Of a stretch of DNA of 64,000 nt, positions 48,738-60,899 are shown in pieces; positions within the stretch are counted from its first letter, which is position 1, and each line of letters begins with the position of its first letter. The stretch spans positions 17,013,630 to 17,077,629 of the forward strand of contig NC_090372.1 of assembly GCF_036365525.1 (NCBI RefSeq). The letters run 5' to 3'. Both the position numbers and the translations under genes were made by a program. Below the pieces are notes generated by a model. It saw only the letters and a program-made list of their open reading frames with translations, was not told the DNA's origin and made no database searches. The stretch comes from Heterodontus francisci. Its lineage: Eukaryota.

Positions 48738-51004
48738 TTTGCAGCTTCATTTGTTCCCAGGTATACACATCAAATCTGAAAATTAAAGTACATTTATCAA
48801 AAATTATTTAAAAAGGACCAAACTTACTTTGGCATAAGATCCTAAAACGTATAATAATCGATACAGAAAGACGAGCAGAAAACTGTACTTGTGAAATTTG
48901 TTCCAAAAAACATTAATTGGTCCACATTCAGTAATACAACTGGAATATTTCCAGTAGATCCAAAAACATCTCCATATTCTACATATGGCAAAGGAACTTT
49001 TCACATTCTGCCATAAAAATATCCTTATTATCATTTTATTAATAAAATGTTTGCTTTTCACTCAATAGATCATTTGTCATGGTGACAAATTTAACACCTG
49101 CAATTTAAACATAAGATTGTAATCTGTACAGCAAACTCTATTCACAGAGTGGCAAACATATTACTGATAATACTATCAAGGAAAAGAAACAATATATATT
49201 GATAACTGTAGTTCTGCATTACAAGTAAACATGTTGGCTACACAATACAGATAGAGTACAACAAGAGAAAGAGGATTTCATTTTCAATAATCATACTAAT
49301 TAAATGAGTGGAACTTGAAATAATATTAGATACAGGTGGAATGTTAAAGAGCTTTACTACATGGTACTTGACTGATACTGGACTTCAATATGGCTAACCA
49401 CTCCGAAATGATTTTGAGAATGGAAAAAGGATGTTAATCCCCTCACTTCAGCGGAAATACATTCATCCGCTAAGCTGTGCTCTGGTGACTTCCCGACTGG
49501 AAATGTCAGATCTAAGACCATAAGGACATACGAAATAGGAGCAGGAGTAGACCATATAGCCCCTTGAGCCTGCTCCACCATTCTATATGATCATGGCTGA
49601 TTCTCTGCTTCAACTCCACTTATCACCAGATCCCTTGATTCTCTGAGACCAAAAAAATCTCCAAATGCTGTAGAAAAAGAGTTAAAGGCAAGATTCCTCC
49701 TGACTAAATTCAGGGAAAAGAACTTTTCAGTAAATCACTTTGGGGTAGACAGAGCACTTTGCCAAGTGGTTCACATTTAAAAAAACACTTGGTTATGCCC
49801 TTGAAGTACTGTAACCTACAGGGCTATAGCCCAAGAACTGGAAAGTGGCATTGGCTGGATAGTTCTTTTTCAGCCGACACAGACACGATGGGGCGAATGG
49901 TCTCCTTCAGTGCTGCAGATTTTCTGCAAAAGTAATGATTCCCTTTAAGTATCACAACATTCCTTTTAAAAGTTTCATTACAAATTTTGGCACCAGATAA
50001 GATTTTCCTTTTGAAAGTGCAATCAAGATTTGGTCTTCCTGAACTGTCACAAATGGTAATCTTTTAAGACTTTGCAAAGAATTATTACATTTGTGGGACT
50101 GCTGGAAATGTGAACACAGCAACTACTAGAATCTAGAATGCACTGTCGCTTTCAAATTAAATTAGGATTGTTAGGAACATAGGAAATAGGAGCAGGAATA
50201 GGCCATTCGGCCCCTCGTGCTTGCTCCACCATTCAACTAGATCATGGCTGATCTACCTCAACAACATTTTCCCACACTATCCCCATAATCCCTTGATGCC
50301 TTTACTGACTAGAAATCTATCGATCTCTGTCTTGAATATACTCAATGACTGAGTCTCCACAGCTCTCTGGGGTAGAGAATTCCAAAGATTCACCACCCTC
50401 TAGACTGGAGTTTAAGAGCCTGCTGCAAGTTAAAAGATGCTCAAAAAAAAAGCAACATCAAAACAATTAAATCCTTTCACAGAATACTTTTTTTGACTAG
50501 TGGCTATATTTTTCCGAGAATGAAAGAGATGAGGCAGGAGAAGCTGATTTGAAGAGGTGACTGGGCAATATCCTGGGCAATGCAACAACTGGCATGTTAT
50601 TTAACACAGCTTTTAACCCTCTGAAGATGCAGTCTTTCAATTTTACTCCTCTCCCAGAGCAATTCTCCCATTTCCTAGCAAAGCTCCTTTACCCAACTCA
50701 ACCCTAAAATGCCCATAGCATCTGGGGCTGAATCAAAAGCAAGGGAAGAAAGGTCTAGTCATTTCCAGTCGCCGACAAAAGCAGTTCCTCAGTGGAAAAG
50801 AAAATGCCAGGAATAGGAGCAGGCACAGATTCTGATGCAGTAGAGCTTGGGGCTTGATGAAGGTGAGGTGTTTGAAAAGGGCAGAGTTCTAGTCCCGGGC
50901 CGCTATCCCCCAATCCTGAGGCCAGACAAACAGGTAAAGACCGGGGGGGGGGGTATAATTAAAGACAGATCAGGCCCGACACACGGAAGAGGCGGTGGGC
51001 TCAC

Positions 51005-51480
51005 CTGCCGCTTCCAGGTGATCGCAGCCACTCGGCCCGTCCTCGCTGTGATGGGAGGTTCAGAAAACACTGAAACTCCCCAAAGCAAAATCACCCAACT
51101 TTTCACCCGGGTGGAAATCTCGAATGTATAAAGTGAAGCTAAAAGGAGGAAGAGACAAATAAGGGGGTGAAATAAGATAATCCAACCTGAGCTCAAGCCG
51201 GGATAAAGTTCACCCTTTTCAGATCAGCAGCGTCTGGTTTGCAAAGTGAAACCAGGAGAATTGCAGGTAAACAGGAGAGGGCGGAGGGGAACTGGTTCTT
51301 CAGGTTGTTGAAGATTGTTACAGCAGACGACTGGCGGAGTTTTTATAAAAGACACAATAAAAACCCAACTCTGATTAAAAGAAAAAGCAGCTCGCCGCCC
51401 GACAGCTCCGAATTCAACTCCAAAAGGAACCAAAAACTTTCAGTTTGCAGATTAATCATTAAACCAGCAAACAAACCCTC
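51005..51480 (-). promoter_or_regulatory. Probable promoter and non-coding first exon of the MARVELD3-like gene
   Basis: CpG-enriched unique region with donor CAG|GTGAGC at 51004, TATAAAAA at 51347-51340, GC box at 51279-51284, GRHL-like AACTGGTT at 51290-51297, and CAGGTG/CACCTG E-boxes at 51002 and 51015. Confidence 0.55.
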
Positions 51481-51702
51481 TCCCTCGCTGCTGCAGGAGG
51501 GAAGCCCGTCTCAAACTCTCTTTGTTCTCAAATCAGATTTGGGGAGTTTCTCAGCTACTCTCACTCTGCAGAGTGTGGGAGTATCAGGAGGGCGGCTATT
51601 GTATCATAGCTTGAGACTGCTTTATTTTTCCAAAAAGATTTGTGAACACTTCAAATATGCTATTTCACACATTGCAATATAGAGCTATTTGATTAAATCG
51701 CG

Positions 51703-52142
51703 CAATGGTTCACCAACGTTTATTGGTTGAAGGACCCCTTTTCAAATGGATTTGTAATCACCCCTCCCCCATCTAAATTATATTATATAATACTCATAAT
51801 ATGAAAGTGCTGCATGTAAAGAGTGTTTTAGTAATACTTTTAAGAAAACAGGTATTTACATACAGATATCAGTGCTTTTCATTACTCAGCCTCTCTATCC
51901 TTGGCAGGCATACAGAGGAAAACAGAATGCAGAGAGAGCAGGAGAATGGGGAGAGCCAAGGACAGGGAGAGGAGGAGTATGGAGGGAGAAGAATGCAAAG
52001 AGAGCAGGAGAGGGGAGGGGGAGCAGAGCACACTTCTGGCCACCATTCTTTCGTTTATTCGTGACCACAGCACTTTCACATTGTTTCACAGACCCCCTGG
52101 ATAGTCTGTATAGATCTGCAGACCCCAGTTTGAGAACTAGGG
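51703..52142. mobile_element. Degenerate hAT/MER5-like element
   Basis: Termini CAATGGTTCACCAAC / GTTTGAGAACTAGGG with subterminal GACCCC motifs; no clear TSD. Confidence 0.45.
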
Positions 52143-53171
52143 TGCCAGACTCCACTTATGAAGATTGCATCGACATTTACATTATATTAAACATTTCCTG
52201 ATATATACAGCCCAATGGTTTTACACTGGTATAAAAGCAAAATACTGCGGATGCTGGAAATCTGAAACGTTAACTCTGCTTCTCTTTCCACAGATGCTGC
52301 CAGACCTGCTGAGTGGTTCCAGCATTTCTTGTTTTTATTTGTTTTACACTGGTTCCAGCTCTCTGTCTACTATAGGGGGAGGGCTCTAGCTGAGGCCGTT
52401 TCCCATTATGCCCACTTTATTCAATCTTGGGATATGGGCATTGCTAGCAAGGCCAATGTTGAGTGCCCATTCAAGCAGAGATGGTTTGCCATTTCTGTTC
52501 ACTCATAAAGTGAGTTGCCCAAGTATCATTAACCCAAATTAAACAAATCTTCACTAAAATTCCCCAATTTTTAGAGGGGCACAATTAATAAAACCCAATT
52601 CAAAGGAAACTTAGCAAATGAATAAAAATGGTATTCAGAATGGTTTGTGACTTAGAGGTGGTGATGTGTCCCCATGCACCCTGTTGCCCTTGTTCTTCTA
52701 GGCAGTGGAGTTACTAGGGTTGTTTAGGACGGCTCTTTTAATTCAAACAATAAGGAAACACTTGCTCCAATGTCATTAAACCACAAACCAAATAAAAATG
52801 CTCCCTTTTGTTGAGAAAAATAGAAAACTGAATCATTTAAAGAAAAGAAACTTAGCAAAATAAATAATGTTACCACCCTTGTCTAGTATACACTCCATTC
52901 TCTGTAGTTTATTTAGGATGCATTTCTAGTTTATGTTGTGTTGTGCAATGTACAGGTTTTAGAGGCACAGTGGGGAAGTGGGAGATGTAATTGGACACCA
53001 CTCTCCAAGCTTGCTGCTCAGAGTGTGTAATTTGATCCAGTCAGTGGTAGTCAGGCTGGAGGCAAACTGGAGCAGCCTTCAAGAACTCCTTGACTGAACA
53101 ACAACAACTTATATTTATATAGCACCTTTAACATAATAAAATGTCCCACGGCGCTTCACAGGAGCATTATA

Positions 53172-53312
53172 AAACATTCCTCAAAATTCAGATAACGCAC
53201 ACAGCATCAACATTCCCCAAAGTTCAGACAATGCACAGCGCTAACACTCCCCAAGGTTCACACACTGGATGGCACTGACAGCCCCCAAGAGTTGGGACAA
53301 CATACAGTACTA
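53172..53312. repeat. Degenerate ~35-bp tandem repeat, about 4 copies
   Basis: Variants of AACATTCCCCAAAGTTCAGACAATGCACAGCGCT. Confidence 0.65.
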
Positions 53313-55143
53313 ATGATGCCTGTGGTAATGTGTGGTTGTAATTGTGGAGGTGAAAATCTGCACTAATGCTAATGCACAGATGGCCAAAGTGTTTATCGAG
53401 TCAGCTAACTGGAACAGGGCAATGCGGTTTCTTATATCTCTTATACATGAGGAGGGAACTAAGTGTGGTTATGCTGAATGCATTTTACTTGTCTCAGCTG
53501 TCACTGGCCAGTATGGGCACAATCCCCACAGGTCATACAGCACACTGAGTTGAGAAAATGTCAAGGCAGACCTGAGATTTTCTGCAACGTAGACCATATA
53601 TTGAACTGCCATCTCATGCCTCCAGGTATAATTATTCAAAGAGCCTTAACATGGCAGACAGACATGGGGCCAATGAATGCCAGTGTTGCCTTCGACTCCA
53701 CAGTTACAGATAATGTTTTATGTCTTTTCACATTTCGGGCAATAGCTCTTGGGAATTAGAGGCAACATGCTCTGCATGGTGCTACCTCTTTAGCCCTAGA
53801 GCTGCTCTTTCACCTGGGTTTATCTATTGTTCCTTCTCTTCCTCACTTAACAAAGAGAGATGAAAAGATAACTATGGATGAGCAAGCCCTTATCGCATGC
53901 CTTGAAGCAAGTGCTCATCCCTCTTTATGTGAAGAATGATATCACGGGGTATTCTTAAACTTGAATCTATAATTTCTTCTACACTGGGGATCTGCCCTGT
54001 GGCTTTTCTCTGCACTGGCCCCAGCACAGGAGTAGGTCCCTTGTGCCTCAGTGACCAACACTGCACACGATAGTCAAGGTGTGGTTTGAGCAGCAGACCA
54101 TTCACATTGATCACTACCTCCTCTGATGTAAAGGCTTGGACTCTCTGAATGGAAAATACCTGGTTTTGAGCTGTGCAGAGGTCTTCTGGCAAGTGAAATG
54201 GGACAGCGCCCCTTAACCGAATCTCTGCCTCAAAATTGGCCACCTCAATTTCTGCCACTATTTCCCTCACTTGATCCCACCGCGGTCCTGACTTAACTGC
54301 CAGCAGCGCGCCTACAGAAACCAAATAAAGGGACAGGGAGAGTGGGGTGGGCTGAAATGGTTCGGGTTAAATGCAAAGGACAGGAAAGCGATTTTGTTAC
54401 ATGGTTTTGGCTGGCAGTCAGGCCCACCATGGTGAAACTGCAGTTTCTGCACAGCCAAGTGTACTTTGTGAGACTTCCATCTATGGTAGCTGTAATTATT
54501 ACCACTGCAGAAATTAGAGCTCTTTGCCCTGCTCCTGATGTCTGGTGGCTGCATTCATCTCCTGGACTGCCACAGTCACCAGGGTATTCCTCACATTATG
54601 CCTCACTGAGCTGCAGGTTCTGCACTCCTCGGCTGAGATACCACTACAATTATACAACTAGATTCGTTAATCAGACAATTAATTGTAACAGCGCACAAAA
54701 AGCAGCTATTTCAGTCTTAGCCACAGATCCATTGCAAAGAAAAGCACAAAGACACCAAAGAACCTGAATTTAGCAGCACTGATTGATTTCAAGCAGTGAT
54801 TTTAGACAATAAGGCTTTGAGCTCCTGGAAGTTTGAACTTTGCTGGTGAGGAAGTGATGTCATTGGAGGGCCCGGCCTGGAAGTAATTCCATCAGAGGAC
54901 CTGAAAATCCACAGTAGTTTATATCATGGCTCTAATTCATTGTTTACATCAGCAAATTAAAACACAGAAAACTGCAATTTTCCAGTTTATTTAGAAGAAA
55001 TGCTTGTTTTTTTTTGCACACCTGTTAACTTCATAAAATAAGAATTTAACTAAACTTGCAGCTCTAGCTTACTATTTTATCAGAAAAATAAATTTTATTC
55101 ATAAACAAAGCAAAATATAAACAAATGGAGTCCGAAGTCTTTT

Positions 55144-55697
55144 GGACAGGATTTCATGGGCACCCTGGAGATGGGCTAGGAGGCGGGGGATCCCATAGAA
55201 TTGCGATGGGAGCCAGGGGTGGGGGTTGGGGGGAGGTGCAGAGGGCCCATTGCCTTCCCATTGCACAACAATTTAGTCGGGGGAAGAATAGACCGATAAT
55301 GGCCTTCCCGCCCAGAGGTGACTTCCATGTGGGCTTTCTGGGGTGAGGGAGGGTGGCCTTCTTCGTGGGCAATATGTGGTGCACAGACAGCCCCCACAAG
55401 CAAACAACCCACCTCCCTGAACCCCCCTCCTCCTGCACTCAACATCCACTCTCCCCCTACAATCGCCAAGGCCTGCCGCACTAGCCCCGGCGACCCCACC
55501 TCATTTACTTGGGGTCCCGGTCTCCAGCGTTGGGCCTAGTTCCTGGGCTTCCTGCAGTACCAGATGTGGCCACCGCTCCCAGTGTCATTGCCAATACCAT
55601 CGAGCTGCCGATACTATCGAGCTGCCGTCCCTCTGATTGGCCGGCAGCTCTTGGAGGCAGGATCGCCATCTTTAAAGGGACGGGGGGCTCCCACAAA
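55144..55697. mobile_element. Truncated Harbinger-type MITE
   Basis: Starts GGACAGGATTTC; shares the GCAGT.CCAG..GTGGCCACCGCTCCCAGTG...CTGATTGGCCGGCAGCTC core with 24746-25196 and 15534-16197. Confidence 0.6.
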
Positions 55698-55998
55698 CTG
55701 CAGTGAGAATGACCAGATAATCTATTTTTTTAGTGATGTTGGTTGAGGGACAAATATTGACCCAGGACTGCAGGGAGAGCCCCCTGCTCTTCTTTGAAAT
55801 AGCGCCATGGGATCTTTTACCTCCAGCTGAGAGAGGACTCAGGGCCAGAGTTCAATGTCTCATCTAAAAAAAGACACCTCCGACAGTGCAGCACTCCTTC
55901 ACTACTGCCCCTCCAACATAGCAGTGCACCTTCATAAGGTAGGTTGGTTGGCATCCTTCCATCTATGAAAGATGATGGACACGCAGCAAACAATCTAC

Positions 55999-56346
55999 AG
56001 TGGCGCAGTGGTTAGCACCACAGCCTCACAGCTCCAGCGACCCCGGTTCAATTCTGGGTACTGCCTGTGTGGAGTTTGCAAGTTCTCCCTGTGTCTGCGT
56101 GGGTTTCCTCCGGGTGCTCCGGTTTCCTCCCACATGCCAAAGACTTGCAGGTTGATAGGTAAATTGACCATTATAAATTGCCCCTAGTATAGGTAGGTGG
56201 TAGGGAAATATAGGGACAGGTGGGGATGTGGTAGGAATATGGAATTAGTGTAGGATTAGAATAAATGGGTGGTTGATGGTCGGCACAGACTCGGTGGGCC
56301 GAAGGGCCTGTTTCAGTGCTGTATTTCAAAACTAAACTAAACTAAA
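55999..56346 (+). mobile_element. HE1-like V-SINE, full length
   Basis: tRNA head (A box TGGCGCAGTGG, B box GGTTCAATTC), V-domain, CR1-like 3' end GGGCCGAAGGGCCTGTTTC and (AAACT)n tail. Confidence 0.9.
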
Positions 56347-56415
56347 TGGGGTGTCTTCTCTTGGTGCACCTTTGCTGATGGCTGTGAAGGCCAATCCTTG
56401 AGATGCAGTTTCTTC

Positions 56416-57020
56416 CAGAGTACAAGAGCAAGGAAGTTATGTTGAACTTATATAAGGCACTAGTTCGGCCTCATTTGGAGTATTGCATCCAATTCTGGGC
56501 ACCGCACTTCAGGAAAGATGTGAGGGCATTGGAGAGAGTACAGAAAAGATTCATGAAAATGGTTCCAGGGATGAGGAACTTCAGTTATGAAGATAGATTG
56601 AAAAGTTGGGACTGTTTTCCTTGGAGGAGAAAAGACTGAGAGGTGATCTGATAGAGGCATTCAAAATCATGAGGGGTCGGGACAGAGTAGACAGAGAAAA
56701 ACTGTTCCCACTCGGGAAAAGATCCAGAATGAGAGGGCACAGATTTAAAGTATTTGGTCAGAGAAGCAAACGCGACATGAGGAAAAACTTTTTCACGCAG
56801 CGAGTGATTAAGGTCTGGAATGCACTGCCTGAGAGTGTAGTGGAGGCAGTTTCAATCAAGGCATTCAAAAGGGAACAATATGAAAAGGAAGAATAAACAG
56901 GGTTATGGGGAGAAGGTGCGGGAATGGCATTAGGTGAATTGCTCTTTCGGAGAAACGGTGCAGACATGATGGGCTGAATGGCCTCCTTCTGCACTGTAAC
57001 AATTCTGTAATTCTGTGATT
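56416..57020 (+). mobile_element. CR1 LINE 3' fragment
   Basis: EYKSKEVMLNLYKALVRPHLEYCIQFWAP...FFTQRVIKVWNALP; (AATTCTGT)n tail. Confidence 0.9.
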
Positions 57021-58785
57021 GAAGTGCTGCACGTGAAGCTGCCAGGTGATGCTGTGAGTTGTTGTTTTTGACGTTGGTGCCTGTTGCCAAACTGCTGTAG
57101 CAACTGGTCGTCATGGTAGTGAACACCAATCCACAGGATGTGCCGCCATTTCCCTCTTTCACCAGCTAGTGAATCCCAGGTGCGATATTCGACATTTAGG
57201 GCCTCCGTGTGTCACGCTTGCAAGCGTTCTTGAAGCGGAGCTTTGGGCGCCCCACTGGTCGTCTGGCCCCAGCTACCAGGTCCTTGGGTATGCGGCTCTC
57301 TTCCATCCTGCAGACGTGACCGGTCCACTGAAGCCACCCCTGTTTGATTAGTGCCAACACACTTGGGAGCTCTACCTTTGAGAGGGCTGCCATATTTGTG
57401 ATTTTGTCCTGCCAGGATATACCCGTAATGCGCCACAGACAGAGAAGATGGAAATTATTGAGCTACTTTTCCTGGTAGCTGTAAGTCACCCATGTTTCAC
57501 AGCCATACAGCAAGGTGCTGAGAACACAGGCCTTAGAAACCATCAGCTTGGTCCTAAGGGTCAGCTTAGTGTTATCCCATGCGCATTTCACGAGTTGGCC
57601 AAAGGTGGTAGCTGTTTTCCATTTGCGTGTATCGAACTTTGCATCAAGGGACAGATTGTCTGTCACCGTGGACCCAAGGTAGCAGAATTTTCTAATCACT
57701 TCCAGTGGGGTGTTATTTAGTGTGTTTGGGCGGAGATGCAATACCTTGTTCCATGAACACGCTTTTCTTGACACTTATAGTCAAGGAGAACAAGTTATTG
57801 ATATGGGAGAGGCAATCCATGAGTCTTTGTAGCTGAGTTTCTGTGTAAGAGACTAGTGCAGCAGCATCCGCAGAGTTCTCTGATCAGAATGTGATGTGTT
57901 TTTGTCTTTGATTTCAGCCTTGATAGATTGTAGACCTAGCTGTCTGACCTAATGTGCAAGTAGACTCCTTCCGTATCTGTAGGGAAAAAAAAACACCTTC
58001 CTCTGTGGACACATTGTGTACTGGTGCCAATAGTAATGTCCCTAACACAACCCCAACTAAATCAGTATAGACTAGGAACCAAACCTGGGATCTTCCATAA
58101 TAAAAACAAGAAATGCTGGAACCACTCAGCAGGTCTGGCAACATCTGTGGAAAGAGAAGCAGAGTTAACGTTTCGGGTCAGTGACCCTTCTTCGGATCTT
58201 CAAGCTTAGGAAAGGTTCAACTACTCACTGGATATACTTACTGAACTCTGATGTTTATACGTGCCAGTCTCTTCTGGTAAGCAAGACAATAGCAGAGAAG
58301 CTATTCCTCACATCCAAGTTGGAAAGTGTTTTAGTGAATGCCCATTATAACAGATTAAGCAAAACCTAATGGTGATTTACCCGGTAGACAAAATCCTGTT
58401 CTGACGAAAGGTCATCAACCTGAAATGTGACTCTGTTTCTCTCTCCGCAGATGCTGCCAGACCTGCTGAGTATTTCTAGCACTTTCTGTTTTTATTTCAA
58501 ATTTCCAGCATCTGCAGTATTTTATCTTTGCATTAGGTAAAATCCTTGTCTGAATAAACACAATTGAAGTTGATGCTCCTTGACAGACACCAAGGCAGTC
58601 TGGTATTCTTCAAGGATTCTCCTTGCACCTGATTTAAGTTGAATAAAAACAGCAAATGCTTCATTTGTGAGCAAAATTGGAAGATACTCTGTCTTAATGT
58701 TTTCATTCCTGTCATTTGCCTACGAGTCAACTTTCAACCCTGACAAAAGTAAAATACTACAGGTGAACTAAAGGTTGACTTGTGT

Positions 58786-60265
58786 GGGCAGGATTTTCCT
58801 CGTGGGCTTCAGGACCCTACGCCAGGGTTAGAAACCCGCACTGTGGGGAAACGTTCACCAGGCTGCGGTTTTCCCAAATTGTCCAATTAGGAGCAAGAGA
58901 GTGGGCTTGCCATCTTTCAGGCTCTTGAAGTTGGAGGGCCAATAGGAGGCCCTCTAGCACTGAAGCAGCAGCAGGTTCAGATACTGAAGCAGTCTGTGTA
59001 GAAATGCAGCAAGACCTGGACAATATCCAGGCTTGGGCTGATAAGTGGCAAGTAACATTCGCGCCACACAAGTGCCAGGCAATGACCATCTCCAACAAGA
59101 GAGAATCTAACCATCTCCCCTTGAAATTCAACGGCATTACAATCGCTGAATCCCCACTATCAACATCCTAGGGGATACCATTGACCAGAAACTAAACTGG
59201 AGTAGCCATATAAATATTGCGGCTACAAGAGCAGGTCAGAAGCTAGGAATCCTCTGGAGAGTAACTCACCTCCTGACTCCCCAAAGCCTGTCCACCATCT
59301 ACAAGGCACAAGTCAGGAGTGTGATGGAATACTCTCCACTTGCCTGGATAGGTGCAGCTCCAACAACACTCAAGAAGCTCGACACCATCCAGGACAAAGC
59401 AGCCCGCTTGATTGTCACCCCATCCACAAACATTCACTCCCTCCACCACCGACACACAGTGACAGCAGTATGTACCATCTACAAGATGCACTGCAACAAC
59501 GCACGAAGGCTCCTTAGACAGCACCTTCCGAACCCGCGACCTCTACCAACTAGAAGGACAAGGGCAGTAGATTCATGGAAACACCACCACCTGCAAGTTC
59601 CCCTCCAAGCCACACACCATCCTGACTTGGAACTATATTGTCATTCCTTCACTGTTGCTGGGTCAAAATCCTGGAACTCCCTTCCAAACAGCACTGTGGG
59701 TGTCCCTACCCCACATGGACTGCAGCGGTTCAAGAAGACAGCTTACTACCTTCTCAAGGGCAATTAGGGATGGGCAATAAATGCTGGCCTAGCCAGCGAT
59801 GCCCACATCCCATGAATGAATAAAAAAGGCTGCCATTTCAGGTAAGTAAGAGAGAGGGTGCCTCTATTTTGAGTGCCCTCTCTCCAACTTGACAAAGTTT
59901 TAAATAAAAAAGAATCTACAGGGTGACTTGTGGCTGCAGCTGAAGCCAGGCAGGTGGGGAGGGCCTCAAAGCCTGCTTGGAACACTGGTCCCCCTGATCT
60001 GCTGCCAGGAGGCCGCCTCCAGATAGCTGGGCTGTTCCCTGACACCTCCAGGTGCCTGGTGGCTGACTGGAAAATTCTAGTCGGCTTCAGACAATAGGCC
60101 TTAACAGGCCATTAAACAGCTGTAATCGGCGACCTTCCTGCCCTGCTGATCCCCCTCCGCCCCACCCCCTCAAGGATGGTGCCGGGAAACCTGCACACCA
60201 GCTGGCGGTGTGAAATTCCATGCCACCTCCATACTCACCCCCATTGGGGCCTAAAACTCCAGCCC
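58786..60265. mobile_element. Harbinger-type MITE interrupted by a LINE (58975-59827)
   Basis: Termini GGGCAGGATTTTCC / TAAAACTCCAGCCC, flanks TGT/TTT; GC-rich MITE-like sequence on both sides of the LINE. Confidence 0.65.
58975..59827 (+). mobile_element. CR1/L2-group LINE 3' fragment
   Basis: YKAQVRSVMEYSPLAW motif; ends ATGAATGAATAAAAAA; highly similar to 41490-42340. Confidence 0.88.
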
Positions 60266-60899
60266 TTTGATATGAACAGATAGGACATTCCTGTTGAGAG
60301 ATTAAACCAAATTGTTTTCTGAAGGTTTTATTGAGACATGCCTCTCTATTTATGCAAATGTGCTAATTGCAAGTAATAATGGCGTGAATGAATTACATTC
60401 CACCAGAGGGCATAGCTGCACTAGTTTACAAAATTCTTACAGCCCAGTGCCATTATCTTCAACCTTGAATATCTCCACACTGCTCCAGCACACACACAAG
60501 GCCTTGATCTTACAGGCATTAAAATAATAACTGTCTAAACAACACAACTTTCTGTGTTGGCAAGATGCTGTACAGTATATAGCTTTGTTACAGATGCTGC
60601 CAGTTCTGCTGAGTATTTCCAGTGCTTTAAGTGAAGGAGGATGGGGATGAGCAAGTAGGACTTGGTGTGGGATAGAATTGGGCAGCGGAGTTTCAGAGGA
60701 GCTGAAGTTTACACACTATGGAAGGTGGGAAAGCACTGCAGTAATTAAGGCTAGAAGTGAGGGTTTCAGTGAACATTATGGAGGTGGAAGTAGCTGGAAT
60801 TGTTTTGACAAGAAGATAGTCTGAAACTGTGCTGCCTGCTTGGTATCGTCCTCCACATCCTCCTTGTTGGATGAGGAGTGGCATTTAGTCATGTTCTCT

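Larger units (their letters stand above)
55938..57970 (-). mobile_element. RTE-clade LINE 3' region interrupted by a V-SINE and a CR1 fragment
   Basis: FCYLGSTVT, TKLMVSKACVLSTLLYGCETW and LQWTGHVCRME..RIPK motifs; 3' end pieces at 55938-55998 and 56347-56415. Confidence 0.8.

Noticed and set aside
48776-48827. GTAAGT donor just upstream of the MARVELD3-like acceptor
   Set aside because: It would define an intron of only ~50 nt, too short for typical vertebrate splicing.
55999-56070. tRNA gene (also at 1730-1800)
   Set aside because: A/B boxes continue directly into SINE bodies; no complete cloverleaf.
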